Assembly: GCA_964035545.1 (NCBI GenBank)
Contig: OZ037773.1
Coordinates: forward strand, 6,229,751-6,293,750
DNA from: Bugula neritina
Lineage: Eukaryota; Animalia; Bryozoa
Length of the DNA stretch: 64,000 bases
Reading direction: 5' to 3'
Of this stretch, positions 24,501-35,745 are shown one piece after another. Within the stretch, counting starts at the first letter, position 1. Each line of letters starts with the position of its first letter. The notes under the pieces are model-generated. The model was given only the letters and a program-made list of their open reading frames with translations. It was not told where the DNA came from and ran no database searches. Made by a program: the position numbers and the translations under genes.

Positions 24501-24692
24501 TTCTTGCCTGATCCTTTCCGCCTCACGCTCTAATCTCCGCTCCTCTCGGTCCTTTTCTTTTTCCTCTCGGTCCTTTTCTTTTTCTTCTTGTGCAGCAACA
24601 ATGGGTAGGTTCTTTTCAACAAAAGCTACGAGCTTGTCATCCACCAGTCCAAGATCTTTACCCATCTGTGTCACTCTCTCCAACAACGCCAT
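21549..24692 (-). CDS. Gag-protease-integrase polyprotein lacking RT, copy 2
   Basis: Translation identical to copy 1. Confidence 0.95.
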   Translation of the reverse strand: MALLERVTQMGKDLGLVDDKLVAFVEKNLPIVAAQEEKEKDREEKEKDREERRLEREAERIRQENEKALMEMKIKADQEAMAFKVKADQEAMALKVKADQEAEERRQRHELDMEKLKADTSLEHSRHESTRLEIANKPKPKIPFFDEKVDEMDSYLERFEWVAEGCNWDKGDWPYHLSQYLRGTATEAYIRLSPTDRRDYKKVKEALLERFNLTQEGYKKKLREAEAYEDETPAQLFTRIETYVHKWVELSGGMDIAKLVATEQFISSCPDDLAVHLKQSSYNSSEDMCDAASLFLHARGRKLAKTKKTNTKRMENAPADSMDAEQGSKSDGACFICKDKSHIARNCPRQGKKHCSHCKMNNHNTSDCRKYGGRLVHAAAAIATTQNKTVVTDPGISSKVEEPTEITVNGKKFINAAVCKNGPKFKDGGTAIFDAEVNGQRATVMRDTGCGCIVVNAKYVQPQHLTGESVYLKMADASVKEAQWALISVRSPFYNGVVKAAVMDKTICDLLIGNVDGARSADQPLENWKDCAVTTRAQAVKEKSGDKPLKIDSNTNPLSIGKDEIARLQRDDPTLERFFDAKEVKEKKGCTTRFVVRNKILYREYTDSKPVSVKPVKQLMVPSSLRKEVLQKAHDCIMSGHLGVKKTTDRVLSNFFWPGLNGDVVRFCQSCDICQKTVKKGSVMKVPVQETPLIDTPFKRCAIDLIGPINPPSEKGHRYILTLVDYATRYPEATPLKNIDSATVAEALLDIYSRVGIPEEVISDQGTQFISDYMKEFTRLLDMRQLPTSPYHAMANGLVEKFNGTLKSMLKKLCAKEPRQWHRFINAALFAYREVPQESTGFAPFELLYGRTVRGPMYILRQLWTKEDTADEVKTCYQHVFELRERLDDMMEMALASLKDSQKRYKHYFDKKAKQRDFKPGDKVLILLPTDGNKLLMHWQGPFNIEEKVRLNDYIINIRGKRRTYHANMLKKYFERETPTDSMTVGAVMTLDAAGAGIIDHDKEREECQNDLLDLYSKKQQSDEMGYVFTELQNKGGVNQRKGQCWS

Positions 24693-24788
24693 AATGTCTC
24701 AACAACCGTTAATTAATCCTGTGTATACTCACGTTGTAACTAATAACTTCCCTGTGTGCGACTGAGACTTCCCGGAGCAGCCCCCAAT

Positions 24789-25347
24789 TGTCACAAAACT
24801 GTTGGTAGCAGTGTGACGAGTTCGAAAAGTCTGGTAGTCAGAAGTATATAGACAAGTAGCATACAGCTTGCTAATCCAGTTGTGAGTAAATAGAGTTGTG
24901 AATAAGTAGACTTTATTTCTCTAGTAAGATATGCACAGATGAATTTATAAAAATGAACTCCAAGAATGAACTTATAAAAAGGAACTGCGAGAATAAACTG
25001 AACTGTAAACACAACTGCCTCAGTATTTATAGTAAACAAAAAGCTCTAGAATATTCTCAAGCATTCCAGTACAGAAGATTCTAGTAGAAAACATTCCCCA
25101 CATGCCAATACTATTTATAGAAAATCAAAACAAAACAAAACATTGGAATTTCCATGGTTATTTCGCAATTATTGCGCAATACCTTGTTTACATTGCTGGG
25201 CAGTAGTTAACATGACTAACCAAAATAGTAACAATGAACAATGACCCATCTCTTTGATTAGTCTAGAATATTTATGAACATTCCTGTATAATCATTAGGA
25301 AAAACCTGGTAGGTCTATAGATATATGTACACTCAGAATTTGTGACA
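24789..25347 (-). repeat. Shared internal LTR 3
   Basis: Same sequence as LTR 1 at offset 2x3876. Confidence 0.96.
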
Positions 25348-25424
25348 ACCCCCCATTCTAAGAGAAATTATCTTGATCATTTCTCCTAACTACTTAAAAT
25401 TCTGAGTCAATTCGGCTTAGATAA

Positions 25425-28400
25425 TCAGCTCCAACATTGTCCTTTCCTTTGATTGACTCCACCTTTATTCTGAAGTTCTGTAAATACATAGCCCATCTCA
25501 TCACTCTGCTGTTTCTTACTGTACAGATCCAACAAATCATTTTGGCATTCTTCTCTTTCCTTATCGTGATCAATAATTCCAGCACCAGCAGCATCTAGAG
25601 TCATCACAGCTCCAACAGTCATAGAGTCGGTAGGTGTCTCCCGCTCAAAATATTTCTTCAGCATGTTGGCATGGTATGTTCTCCTCTTCCCTCTGATGTT
25701 GATAATGTAGTCATTCAGTCTGACTTTCTCCTCAATATTGAATGGTCCTTGCCAATGCATCAGCAATTTATTTCCATCCGTAGGTAGAAGAATGAGCACT
25801 TTGTCACCAGGTTTGAAGTCTCTCTGCTTAGCTTTCTTATCAAAATAGTGTTTGTATCTTTTTTGACTGTCTTTTAGCGAAGCTAGTGCCATCTCCATCA
25901 TGTCATCTAAACGCTCTCTCAATTCAAAAACATGTTGATAGCAGGTCTTGACTTCATCGGCAGTGTCTTCTTTTGTCCAAAGTTGTCGCAGGATGTACAT
26001 TGGTCCACGCACAGTTCTTCCATAGAGTAACTCGAATGGGGCGAAGCCTGTTGATTCCTGTGGGACTTCTCTATATGCAAATAGAGCTGCATTGATGAAC
26101 CGATGCCACTGTCTTGGTTCTTTAGCACACAACTTTTTTAACATACTCTTGAGGGTTCCGTTGAACTTTTCCACAAGTCCATTGGCCATTGCATGGTATG
26201 GTGAGGTAGGAAGTTGTCGCATGTCAAGTAATCTGGTAAACTCTTTCATGTAGTCCGAGATGAATTGAGTTCCTTGGTCGCTTATCACCTCCTCTGGTAT
26301 CCCAACACGACTGTATATGTCAAGCAGCGCTTCAGCTACAGTAGCTGAGTCAATGTTCTTCAATGGTGTAGCTTCAGGATATCTTGTAGCATAGTCAACT
26401 AAAGTTAGGATGTAGCGGTGTCCTTTCTCACTTGGAGGGTTAATTGGTCCGATTAGGTCTATTGCACATCTCTTGAATGGGGTGTCAATTAGTGGAGTTT
26501 CCTGTACTGGAACTTTCATGACTGAGCCTTTTTTCACCGTCTTCTGGCAAATGTCACATGACTGACAGAAACGTACGACATCTCCGTTTAGTCCTGGCCA
26601 GAAGAAGTTGGAAAGCACTCTATCAGTGGTTTTCTTTACTCCTAGGTGTCCGCTCATTATGCAGTCATGAGCTTTCTGTAGAACTTCCTTCCTCAGTGAA
26701 CTGGGTACCATGAGTTGTTTAACAGGTTTTACACTGACAGGCTTCGAGTCGGTGTACTCACGGTACAGAATCTTGTTCCTCACCACAAACCTAGTGGTGC
26801 ATCCCTTTTTCTCCTTCACTTCTTTTGCATCGAAGAAACGTTCCAATGTGGGGTCATCCCTCTGCAGTCTGGCTATTTCATCTTTCCCTATACTTAATGG
26901 GTTAGTATTTGAATCAATCTTCAGTGGTTTGTCTCCTGACTTTTCCTTGACAGCCTGAGCTCTTGTGGTTACGGCGCAGTCCTTCCAGTTTTCCAGCGGC
27001 TGGTCAGCTGATCTCGCTCCATCCACATTCCCAATAAGCAGGTCACAAATCGTCTTGTCCATTACTGCAGCTTTGACGACTCCATTGTAAAATGGTGAGC
27101 GCACTGAGATAAGTGCCCACTGAGCCTCCTTAACACTTGCATCAGCCATCTTCAGATAAACTGATTCTCCAGTTAAGTGTTGAGGTTGCACATACTTTGC
27201 ATTGACTACAATGCAACCACAGCCGGTGTCGCGCATTACAGTAGCTCGTTGGCCATTAACTTCCGCATCAAATATCGCTGTGCCCCCATCTTTGAATTTA
27301 GGTCCATTCTTGCAGACAGCAGCGTTGATAAACTTTTTACCATTAACTGTGATTTCCGTAGGTTCTTCCACTTTAGATGAGATTCCTGGATCTGTGACCA
27401 CAGTCTTATTCTGAGTAGTCGCTATTGCAGCAGCAGCATGCACTAACCTCCCACCATACTTTCTGCAGTCTGAAGTATTGTGGTTGTTCATCTTGCAATG
27501 TGAACAGTGCTTCTTCCCTTGCCGTGGGCAGTTACGAGCAATGTGCGACTTATCTTTGCAGATGAAGCATGCACCATCGCTTTTACTTCCTTGTTCAGCA
27601 TCCATGCTATCGGCAGGCGCGTTTTCCATCCTTTTTGTATTAGTTTTCTTTGTCTTTGCTAGTTTCCTTCCACGAGCGTGCAAGAACAGTGACGCTGCAT
27701 CACACATATCCTCACTGCTGTTGTAGGAACTTTGCTTTAAATGCACAGCTAGGTCGTCTGGGCATGATGATATAAATTGTTCAGTCGCCACTAGTTTGGC
27801 TATGTCCATGCCCCCTGAAAGTTCTACCCACTTGTGCACATAAGTTTCTATCCTAGTGAATAGTTGGGCAGGAGTTTCATCCTCGTAAGCTTCTGCCTCT
27901 CTGAGCTTTTTTTTGTAGCCCTCTTGAGTCAAGTTAAAGCGCTCCAACAAGGCTTCTTTGACTTTTTTATAATCTCTACGGTCGGTAGGTGATAACCGGA
28001 TGTAAGCTTCTGTTGCTGTACCCCTTAGGTACTGACTGAGATGGTAGGGCCAATCTCCCTTGTCCCAGTTACATCCTTCGGCAACCCACTCGAACCGCTC
28101 TAAATAGCTATCCATTTCGTCCACCTTCTCATCAAAGAATGGTATTTTTGGTTTTGGTTTGTTAGCTATTTCTAACCTGGTGCTCTCATGTCTTGAGTGC
28201 TCCAAACTTGTGTCAGCTTTCAGCTTTTCCATATCTAATTCATGTCGTTGTCTTCTCTCTTCTGCCTCCTGGTCAGCTTTAACCTTGAGTGCCATTGCCT
28301 CCTGATCAGCTTTAACCTTGAATGCCATTGCCTCCTGATCAGCTTTTATCTTCATCTCCATTAAGGCTTTCTCATTTTCTTGCCTGATCCTTTCCGCCTC

Positions 28401-28568
28401 ACGCTCTAATCTCCGCTCCTCTCGGTCCTTTTCTTTTTCCTCTCGGTCCTTTTCTTTTTCTTCTTGTGCAGCAACAATGGGTAGGTTCTTTTCAACAAAA
28501 GCTACGAGCTTGTCATCCACCAGTCCAAGATCTTTACCCATCTGTGTCACTCTCTCCAACAACGCCAT
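25425..28568 (-). CDS. Gag-protease-integrase polyprotein lacking RT, copy 3
   Basis: Translation identical to copy 1. Confidence 0.95.
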   Translation of the reverse strand: MALLERVTQMGKDLGLVDDKLVAFVEKNLPIVAAQEEKEKDREEKEKDREERRLEREAERIRQENEKALMEMKIKADQEAMAFKVKADQEAMALKVKADQEAEERRQRHELDMEKLKADTSLEHSRHESTRLEIANKPKPKIPFFDEKVDEMDSYLERFEWVAEGCNWDKGDWPYHLSQYLRGTATEAYIRLSPTDRRDYKKVKEALLERFNLTQEGYKKKLREAEAYEDETPAQLFTRIETYVHKWVELSGGMDIAKLVATEQFISSCPDDLAVHLKQSSYNSSEDMCDAASLFLHARGRKLAKTKKTNTKRMENAPADSMDAEQGSKSDGACFICKDKSHIARNCPRQGKKHCSHCKMNNHNTSDCRKYGGRLVHAAAAIATTQNKTVVTDPGISSKVEEPTEITVNGKKFINAAVCKNGPKFKDGGTAIFDAEVNGQRATVMRDTGCGCIVVNAKYVQPQHLTGESVYLKMADASVKEAQWALISVRSPFYNGVVKAAVMDKTICDLLIGNVDGARSADQPLENWKDCAVTTRAQAVKEKSGDKPLKIDSNTNPLSIGKDEIARLQRDDPTLERFFDAKEVKEKKGCTTRFVVRNKILYREYTDSKPVSVKPVKQLMVPSSLRKEVLQKAHDCIMSGHLGVKKTTDRVLSNFFWPGLNGDVVRFCQSCDICQKTVKKGSVMKVPVQETPLIDTPFKRCAIDLIGPINPPSEKGHRYILTLVDYATRYPEATPLKNIDSATVAEALLDIYSRVGIPEEVISDQGTQFISDYMKEFTRLLDMRQLPTSPYHAMANGLVEKFNGTLKSMLKKLCAKEPRQWHRFINAALFAYREVPQESTGFAPFELLYGRTVRGPMYILRQLWTKEDTADEVKTCYQHVFELRERLDDMMEMALASLKDSQKRYKHYFDKKAKQRDFKPGDKVLILLPTDGNKLLMHWQGPFNIEEKVRLNDYIINIRGKRRTYHANMLKKYFERETPTDSMTVGAVMTLDAAGAGIIDHDKEREECQNDLLDLYSKKQQSDEMGYVFTELQNKGGVNQRKGQCWS

Positions 28569-28664
28569 AATGTCTCAACAACCGTTAATTAATCCTGTGT
28601 ATACTCACGTTGTAACTAATAACTTCCCTGTGTGCGACTGAGACTTCCCGGAGCAGCCCCCAAT

Positions 28665-29223
28665 TGTCACAAAACTGTTGGTAGCAGTGTGACGAGTTCG
28701 AAAAGTCTGGTAGTCAGAAGTATATAGACAAGTAGCATACAGCTTGCTAATCCAGTTGTGAGTAAATAGAGTTGTGAATAAGTAGACTTTATTTCTCTAG
28801 TAAGATATGCACAGATGAATTTATAAAAATGAACTCCAAGAATGAACTTATAAAAAGGAACTGCGAGAATAAACTGAACTGTAAACACAACTGCCTCAGT
28901 ATTTATAGTAAACAAAAAGCTCTAGAATATTCTCAAGCATTCCAGTACAGAAGATTCTAGTAGAAAACATTCCCCACATGCCAATACTATTTATAGAAAA
29001 TCAAAACAAAACAAAACATTGGAATTTCCATGGTTATTTCGCAATTATTGCGCAATACCTTGTTTACATTGCTGGGCAGTAGTTAACATGACTAACCAAA
29101 ATAGTAACAATGAACAATGACCCATCTCTTTGATTAGTCTAGAATATTTATGAACATTCCTGTATAATCATTAGGAAAAACCTGGTAGGTCTATAGATAT
29201 ATGTACACTCAGAATTTGTGACA
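28665..29223 (-). repeat. Shared internal LTR 4
   Basis: Same sequence as LTR 1 at offset 3x3876. Confidence 0.96.
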
Positions 29224-29300
29224 ACCCCCCATTCTAAGAGAAATTATCTTGATCATTTCTCCTAACTACTTAAAATTCTGAGTCAATTCGGCTTAGATAA

Positions 29301-32300
29301 TCAGCTCCAACATTGTCCTTTCCTTTGATTGACTCCACCTTTATTCTGAAGTTCTGTAAATACATAGCCCATCTCATCACTCTGCTGTTTCTTACTGTAC
29401 AGATCCAACAAATCATTTTGGCATTCTTCTCTTTCCTTATCGTGATCAATAATTCCAGCACCAGCAGCATCTAGAGTCATCACAGCTCCAACAGTCATAG
29501 AGTCGGTAGGTGTCTCCCGCTCAAAATATTTCTTCAGCATGTTGGCATGGTATGTTCTCCTCTTCCCTCTGATGTTGATAATGTAGTCATTCAGTCTGAC
29601 TTTCTCCTCAATATTGAATGGTCCTTGCCAATGCATCAGCAATTTATTTCCATCCGTAGGTAGAAGAATGAGCACTTTGTCACCAGGTTTGAAGTCTCTC
29701 TGCTTAGCTTTCTTATCAAAATAGTGTTTGTATCTTTTTTGACTGTCTTTTAGCGAAGCTAGTGCCATCTCCATCATGTCATCTAAACGCTCTCTCAATT
29801 CAAAAACATGTTGATAGCAGGTCTTGACTTCATCGGCAGTGTCTTCTTTTGTCCAAAGTTGTCGCAGGATGTACATTGGTCCACGCACAGTTCTTCCATA
29901 GAGTAACTCGAATGGGGCGAAGCCTGTTGATTCCTGTGGGACTTCTCTATATGCAAATAGAGCTGCATTGATGAACCGATGCCACTGTCTTGGTTCTTTA
30001 GCACACAACTTTTTTAACATACTCTTGAGGGTTCCGTTGAACTTTTCCACAAGTCCATTGGCCATTGCATGGTATGGTGAGGTAGGAAGTTGTCGCATGT
30101 CAAGTAATCTGGTAAACTCTTTCATGTAGTCCGAGATGAATTGAGTTCCTTGGTCGCTTATCACCTCCTCTGGTATCCCAACACGACTGTATATGTCAAG
30201 CAGCGCTTCAGCTACAGTAGCTGAGTCAATGTTCTTCAATGGTGTAGCTTCAGGATATCTTGTAGCATAGTCAACTAAAGTTAGGATGTAGCGGTGTCCT
30301 TTCTCACTTGGAGGGTTAATTGGTCCGATTAGGTCTATTGCACATCTCTTGAATGGGGTGTCAATTAGTGGAGTTTCCTGTACTGGAACTTTCATGACTG
30401 AGCCTTTTTTCACCGTCTTCTGGCAAATGTCACATGACTGACAGAAACGTACGACATCTCCGTTTAGTCCTGGCCAGAAGAAGTTGGAAAGCACTCTATC
30501 AGTGGTTTTCTTTACTCCTAGGTGTCCGCTCATTATGCAGTCATGAGCTTTCTGTAGAACTTCCTTCCTCAGTGAACTGGGTACCATGAGTTGTTTAACA
30601 GGTTTTACACTGACAGGCTTCGAGTCGGTGTACTCACGGTACAGAATCTTGTTCCTCACCACAAACCTAGTGGTGCATCCCTTTTTCTCCTTCACTTCTT
30701 TTGCATCGAAGAAACGTTCCAATGTGGGGTCATCCCTCTGCAGTCTGGCTATTTCATCTTTCCCTATACTTAATGGGTTAGTATTTGAATCAATCTTCAG
30801 TGGTTTGTCTCCTGACTTTTCCTTGACAGCCTGAGCTCTTGTGGTTACGGCGCAGTCCTTCCAGTTTTCCAGCGGCTGGTCAGCTGATCTCGCTCCATCC
30901 ACATTCCCAATAAGCAGGTCACAAATCGTCTTGTCCATTACTGCAGCTTTGACGACTCCATTGTAAAATGGTGAGCGCACTGAGATAAGTGCCCACTGAG
31001 CCTCCTTAACACTTGCATCAGCCATCTTCAGATAAACTGATTCTCCAGTTAAGTGTTGAGGTTGCACATACTTTGCATTGACTACAATGCAACCACAGCC
31101 GGTGTCGCGCATTACAGTAGCTCGTTGGCCATTAACTTCCGCATCAAATATCGCTGTGCCCCCATCTTTGAATTTAGGTCCATTCTTGCAGACAGCAGCG
31201 TTGATAAACTTTTTACCATTAACTGTGATTTCCGTAGGTTCTTCCACTTTAGATGAGATTCCTGGATCTGTGACCACAGTCTTATTCTGAGTAGTCGCTA
31301 TTGCAGCAGCAGCATGCACTAACCTCCCACCATACTTTCTGCAGTCTGAAGTATTGTGGTTGTTCATCTTGCAATGTGAACAGTGCTTCTTCCCTTGCCG
31401 TGGGCAGTTACGAGCAATGTGCGACTTATCTTTGCAGATGAAGCATGCACCATCGCTTTTACTTCCTTGTTCAGCATCCATGCTATCGGCAGGCGCGTTT
31501 TCCATCCTTTTTGTATTAGTTTTCTTTGTCTTTGCTAGTTTCCTTCCACGAGCGTGCAAGAACAGTGACGCTGCATCACACATATCCTCACTGCTGTTGT
31601 AGGAACTTTGCTTTAAATGCACAGCTAGGTCGTCTGGGCATGATGATATAAATTGTTCAGTCGCCACTAGTTTGGCTATGTCCATGCCCCCTGAAAGTTC
31701 TACCCACTTGTGCACATAAGTTTCTATCCTAGTGAATAGTTGGGCAGGAGTTTCATCCTCGTAAGCTTCTGCCTCTCTGAGCTTTTTTTTGTAGCCCTCT
31801 TGAGTCAAGTTAAAGCGCTCCAACAAGGCTTCTTTGACTTTTTTATAATCTCTACGGTCGGTAGGTGATAACCGGATGTAAGCTTCTGTTGCTGTACCCC
31901 TTAGGTACTGACTGAGATGGTAGGGCCAATCTCCCTTGTCCCAGTTACATCCTTCGGCAACCCACTCGAACCGCTCTAAATAGCTATCCATTTCGTCCAC
32001 CTTCTCATCAAAGAATGGTATTTTTGGTTTTGGTTTGTTAGCTATTTCTAACCTGGTGCTCTCATGTCTTGAGTGCTCCAAACTTGTGTCAGCTTTCAGC
32101 TTTTCCATATCTAATTCATGTCGTTGTCTTCTCTCTTCTGCCTCCTGGTCAGCTTTAACCTTGAGTGCCATTGCCTCCTGATCAGCTTTAACCTTGAATG
32201 CCATTGCCTCCTGATCAGCTTTTATCTTCATCTCCATTAAGGCTTTCTCATTTTCTTGCCTGATCCTTTCCGCCTCACGCTCTAATCTCCGCTCCTCTCG

Positions 32301-32444
32301 GTCCTTTTCTTTTTCCTCTCGGTCCTTTTCTTTTTCTTCTTGTGCAGCAACAATGGGTAGGTTCTTTTCAACAAAAGCTACGAGCTTGTCATCCACCAGT
32401 CCAAGATCTTTACCCATCTGTGTCACTCTCTCCAACAACGCCAT
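29301..32444 (-). CDS. Gag-protease-integrase polyprotein lacking RT, copy 4
   Basis: Translation identical to copy 1. Confidence 0.95.
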   Translation of the reverse strand: MALLERVTQMGKDLGLVDDKLVAFVEKNLPIVAAQEEKEKDREEKEKDREERRLEREAERIRQENEKALMEMKIKADQEAMAFKVKADQEAMALKVKADQEAEERRQRHELDMEKLKADTSLEHSRHESTRLEIANKPKPKIPFFDEKVDEMDSYLERFEWVAEGCNWDKGDWPYHLSQYLRGTATEAYIRLSPTDRRDYKKVKEALLERFNLTQEGYKKKLREAEAYEDETPAQLFTRIETYVHKWVELSGGMDIAKLVATEQFISSCPDDLAVHLKQSSYNSSEDMCDAASLFLHARGRKLAKTKKTNTKRMENAPADSMDAEQGSKSDGACFICKDKSHIARNCPRQGKKHCSHCKMNNHNTSDCRKYGGRLVHAAAAIATTQNKTVVTDPGISSKVEEPTEITVNGKKFINAAVCKNGPKFKDGGTAIFDAEVNGQRATVMRDTGCGCIVVNAKYVQPQHLTGESVYLKMADASVKEAQWALISVRSPFYNGVVKAAVMDKTICDLLIGNVDGARSADQPLENWKDCAVTTRAQAVKEKSGDKPLKIDSNTNPLSIGKDEIARLQRDDPTLERFFDAKEVKEKKGCTTRFVVRNKILYREYTDSKPVSVKPVKQLMVPSSLRKEVLQKAHDCIMSGHLGVKKTTDRVLSNFFWPGLNGDVVRFCQSCDICQKTVKKGSVMKVPVQETPLIDTPFKRCAIDLIGPINPPSEKGHRYILTLVDYATRYPEATPLKNIDSATVAEALLDIYSRVGIPEEVISDQGTQFISDYMKEFTRLLDMRQLPTSPYHAMANGLVEKFNGTLKSMLKKLCAKEPRQWHRFINAALFAYREVPQESTGFAPFELLYGRTVRGPMYILRQLWTKEDTADEVKTCYQHVFELRERLDDMMEMALASLKDSQKRYKHYFDKKAKQRDFKPGDKVLILLPTDGNKLLMHWQGPFNIEEKVRLNDYIINIRGKRRTYHANMLKKYFERETPTDSMTVGAVMTLDAAGAGIIDHDKEREECQNDLLDLYSKKQQSDEMGYVFTELQNKGGVNQRKGQCWS

Positions 32445-32540
32445 AATGTCTCAACAACCGTTAATTAATCCTGTGTATACTCACGTTGTAACTAATAACT
32501 TCCCTGTGTGCGACTGAGACTTCCCGGAGCAGCCCCCAAT

Positions 32541-33099
32541 TGTCACAAAACTGTTGGTAGCAGTGTGACGAGTTCGAAAAGTCTGGTAGTCAGAAGTATA
32601 TAGACAAGTAGCATACAGCTTGCTAATCCAGTTGTGAGTAAATAGAGTTGTGAATAAGTAGACTTTATTTCTCTAGTAAGATATGCACAGATGAATTTAT
32701 AAAAATGAACTCCAAGAATGAACTTATAAAAAGGAACTGCGAGAATAAACTGAACTGTAAACACAACTGCCTCAGTATTTATAGTAAACAAAAAGCTCTA
32801 GAATATTCTCAAGCATTCCAGTACAGAAGATTCTAGTAGAAAACATTCCCCACATGCCAATACTATTTATAGAAAATCAAAACAAAACAAAACATTGGAA
32901 TTTCCATGGTTATTTCGCAATTATTGCGCAATACCTTGTTTACATTGCTGGGCAGTAGTTAACATGACTAACCAAAATAGTAACAATGAACAATGACCCA
33001 TCTCTTTGATTAGTCTAGAATATTTATGAACATTCCTGTATAATCATTAGGAAAAACCTGGTAGGTCTATAGATATATGTACACTCAGAATTTGTGACA
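32541..33099 (-). repeat. LTR 5 (5'-most LTR of the array)
   Basis: Same sequence as LTR 1, followed directly by the TSD CCATC. Confidence 0.96.
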
Positions 33100-35745
33100 C
33101 CATCTTTAATCTGGTTCGGAGAGAATAAGCTGCTGAAAGTATGAAATGGAATCTCTGTTATGCGGATGAAGTGACAGATAAACTTTGAGACGAGACATGT
33201 GTACATTGTGACTGATTTATGAGAGCCTGTACCACAGCGTGCTGCTACCCTGACTTTCTGCAGTGGCCCACATTTGCGAGGATTTGCGGTTAGCTGTATC
33301 ACCTTGCGCTAATCTCTGCTTTGCACAGCAACAACAACTTCAACGCATTATTACCTCTATTGACATTAGCTTGCGCTTTATTTCCATCTATTTTAAGCTA
33401 ATCCACCAGAATTGCATTTGACAGAATGGTACGGGAATGTCCCAGTTTAACGATCTGCTGATGCTATTTATAACTGCTAATATTATATCCACCCGCTGTA
33501 GATATAGCCTGAACTGTGATATTTTTAAGCTTTGCAGTTGATCAATCATTATTATAATTATTATGATATTTTTTTTCAATCAAAATACTAGACAGTTGAT
33601 TGTAAATATGATGGCTTTAAGTTCCCAGTAGTGACTGCTGGTATCTCAAACACAACTTGCATTTATTGAACTTGTTGAAGTTGGTAACTTGGTGCTGACA
33701 GCTTCAGTTATTGTAGCATAAGAGCAATTATAAATAGTTGCTTTTGCTGACATCACCACTACCGGATGTCTGGCCTTGAGGTAACATATATGCCAAGGCA
33801 GGTTCTCCCTTTCTCAAATAGCCAGTGTTGGTAGTTAAAGTATTGTTACGTGACAGCACTCTGAATGTAGAGCTTCAGCCAAATGATAGTATTATTGTTA
33901 TTCAGAAGAAGAGCAAGTGATAGTCATCAGATGCAATATTATATAATATATATTGTCATTTAGGCAGCTCTAACAGTACAATGATGTATCGTTATATTAT
34001 ACAGTGCTATGGTGTACAGTGTCAATAGGTCAGTATACTATTTCACAATAACACAATGGATATTCAGTGGTAGGAGATTTCACAGTTCGTGTCAAACTTT
34101 TTGCCAACACCAAAGCCCTGTAAGTTCATTTCAGCAGTAATAGGGAAGAGAAGGGCACATGATAAGAGGTTTTTGATAAATCTTCTGCTACTCAAATTGT
34201 TCAGCCATTTTAAAATACTCCTGATAAAAGGCATGCCTAGTCACCTACACTGCGGTTTCATTGGCTAAGACAATATGCATGTTAGCCAATTTTCTGCATG
34301 TGCAGTTTATTGAAATTATATAATACTTAATACTATAAAACCAAGAAATTAAAAAGGGTTTCACAAAACTCGCAATTAAGAGAACAACTACTAAAATATT
34401 CAATTTCTTACAACTAATTATTGAGTGCAGATAACTCCATCAAACAGTTTTATAATGAAGATTTTGCAATTTACATTTGCAAATTTATTCATTTTAAACT
34501 TCACACGAATGTGGTTATGTCTCATATCAGTCAAGAGTTCACCTGGTCTTATGTACACAAAGCATGTCCTGGTTAGAACTGTTTGCATGATTTAAATATC
34601 CAAATGTACAAATTTCTTCATGGGAATTAATTAATCTGCAGCGACTTATTCACTAACAATTAAATTCAATCAAATATATTGAAAATCTAAATTAAATAAT
34701 AAGAATTTTATCATATTGCAACATGTAAATTATGATACTCTAAAAGTTTGGTTGAATTGCAGAGAAATTGTCTCTTTTCATAATAAATTTTATCTAAAAC
34801 ACTGGTTATGATTATTTTTTCAGTTTTACAAGTAGATATTTACAAAAGTAGCTAAACAACATTATCAGTGATAGGACAATAGTTAATTATTTGGTGATTC
34901 AAATCTTTAACTTAGCAAACTTTTTGGATTCAATCAAACTAATCTTTTTAAAAAACCTCATGTTTTGTAGCTATTGTCATTTCCTGGTTGCCTAAAACTA
35001 CGAAAATGTTTTGGTTGTAGGATTATATTAATCATATATTTATGTACTGATATATTGCAACAACGTAATATAGTATATATTCATTTAGTTCACAAGGTAG
35101 AAAATAAATTACACGATGAATAAAGTTGAGCAGAAATATTAACTGAAATTACTGTAAAATATTCAAACATCTTTAATGCAGCATAATTAAATGGTTCTTT
35201 ACTAAAAACATATATGACAACAGTAATACTGTTTCTTTTTTTTGACAGAAAATAACAATTAGCTAAGTATAAATCTAAAATTTATACAGATAATATAAAT
35301 TAGTAGGGACAAAAAATATGTTGAAACTCAATTGTAATAAATTCAAAATCTCAGGTAAAGGAACTGCATTACATAAATTAGATAATCTATACATTTCAAT
35401 CTATAAATTATAAATTATAAATAAAGTTGATGATATAATTATTCTAGAATTGTGTGTGTTAGTAAAAACATAAATTTAGTAAAATAACATGGAAATCTTG
35501 CAGAGCATAACTTTGATTTTATCTCCAAGAAATTCTAACTATTTAAAACTGTAAACCAAATAATTTTTGCAAAAATAACACAGCCAAGGAGAGCTAGAGA
35601 CCAAAAAATAGCTTCAATTTTTGAAAATGGGTAAGGAACACAAAAATAGAACTTAGATATAGAATAATTAAATAGACAACATACTGATTATACACTAACA
35701 TTGAATTGAGAGCAAAAGAATACATAAATACAATAAATAGTTATA

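Larger units (their letters stand above)
17037..33099 (-). mobile_element. Tandem array of an RT-deleted Gmr1-like Ty3/Gypsy LTR retrotransposon: (LTR-internal)x4-LTR
   Basis: Exact 3876-bp period. Five 559-bp LTRs TGTCACAAA...TTTGTGACA. Single TSD CCATC at 17032-17036 and 33100-33104. Four identical 1047-aa ORFs, with a PBS and a PPT in every unit. Confidence 0.97.

Noticed and set aside
33024-33302. 92-aa ORF crossing the right LTR junction as an interrupted host gene
   Set aside because: On the reconstructed empty site it stops within a few codons (DGYAM*), and it has no recognisable motif.
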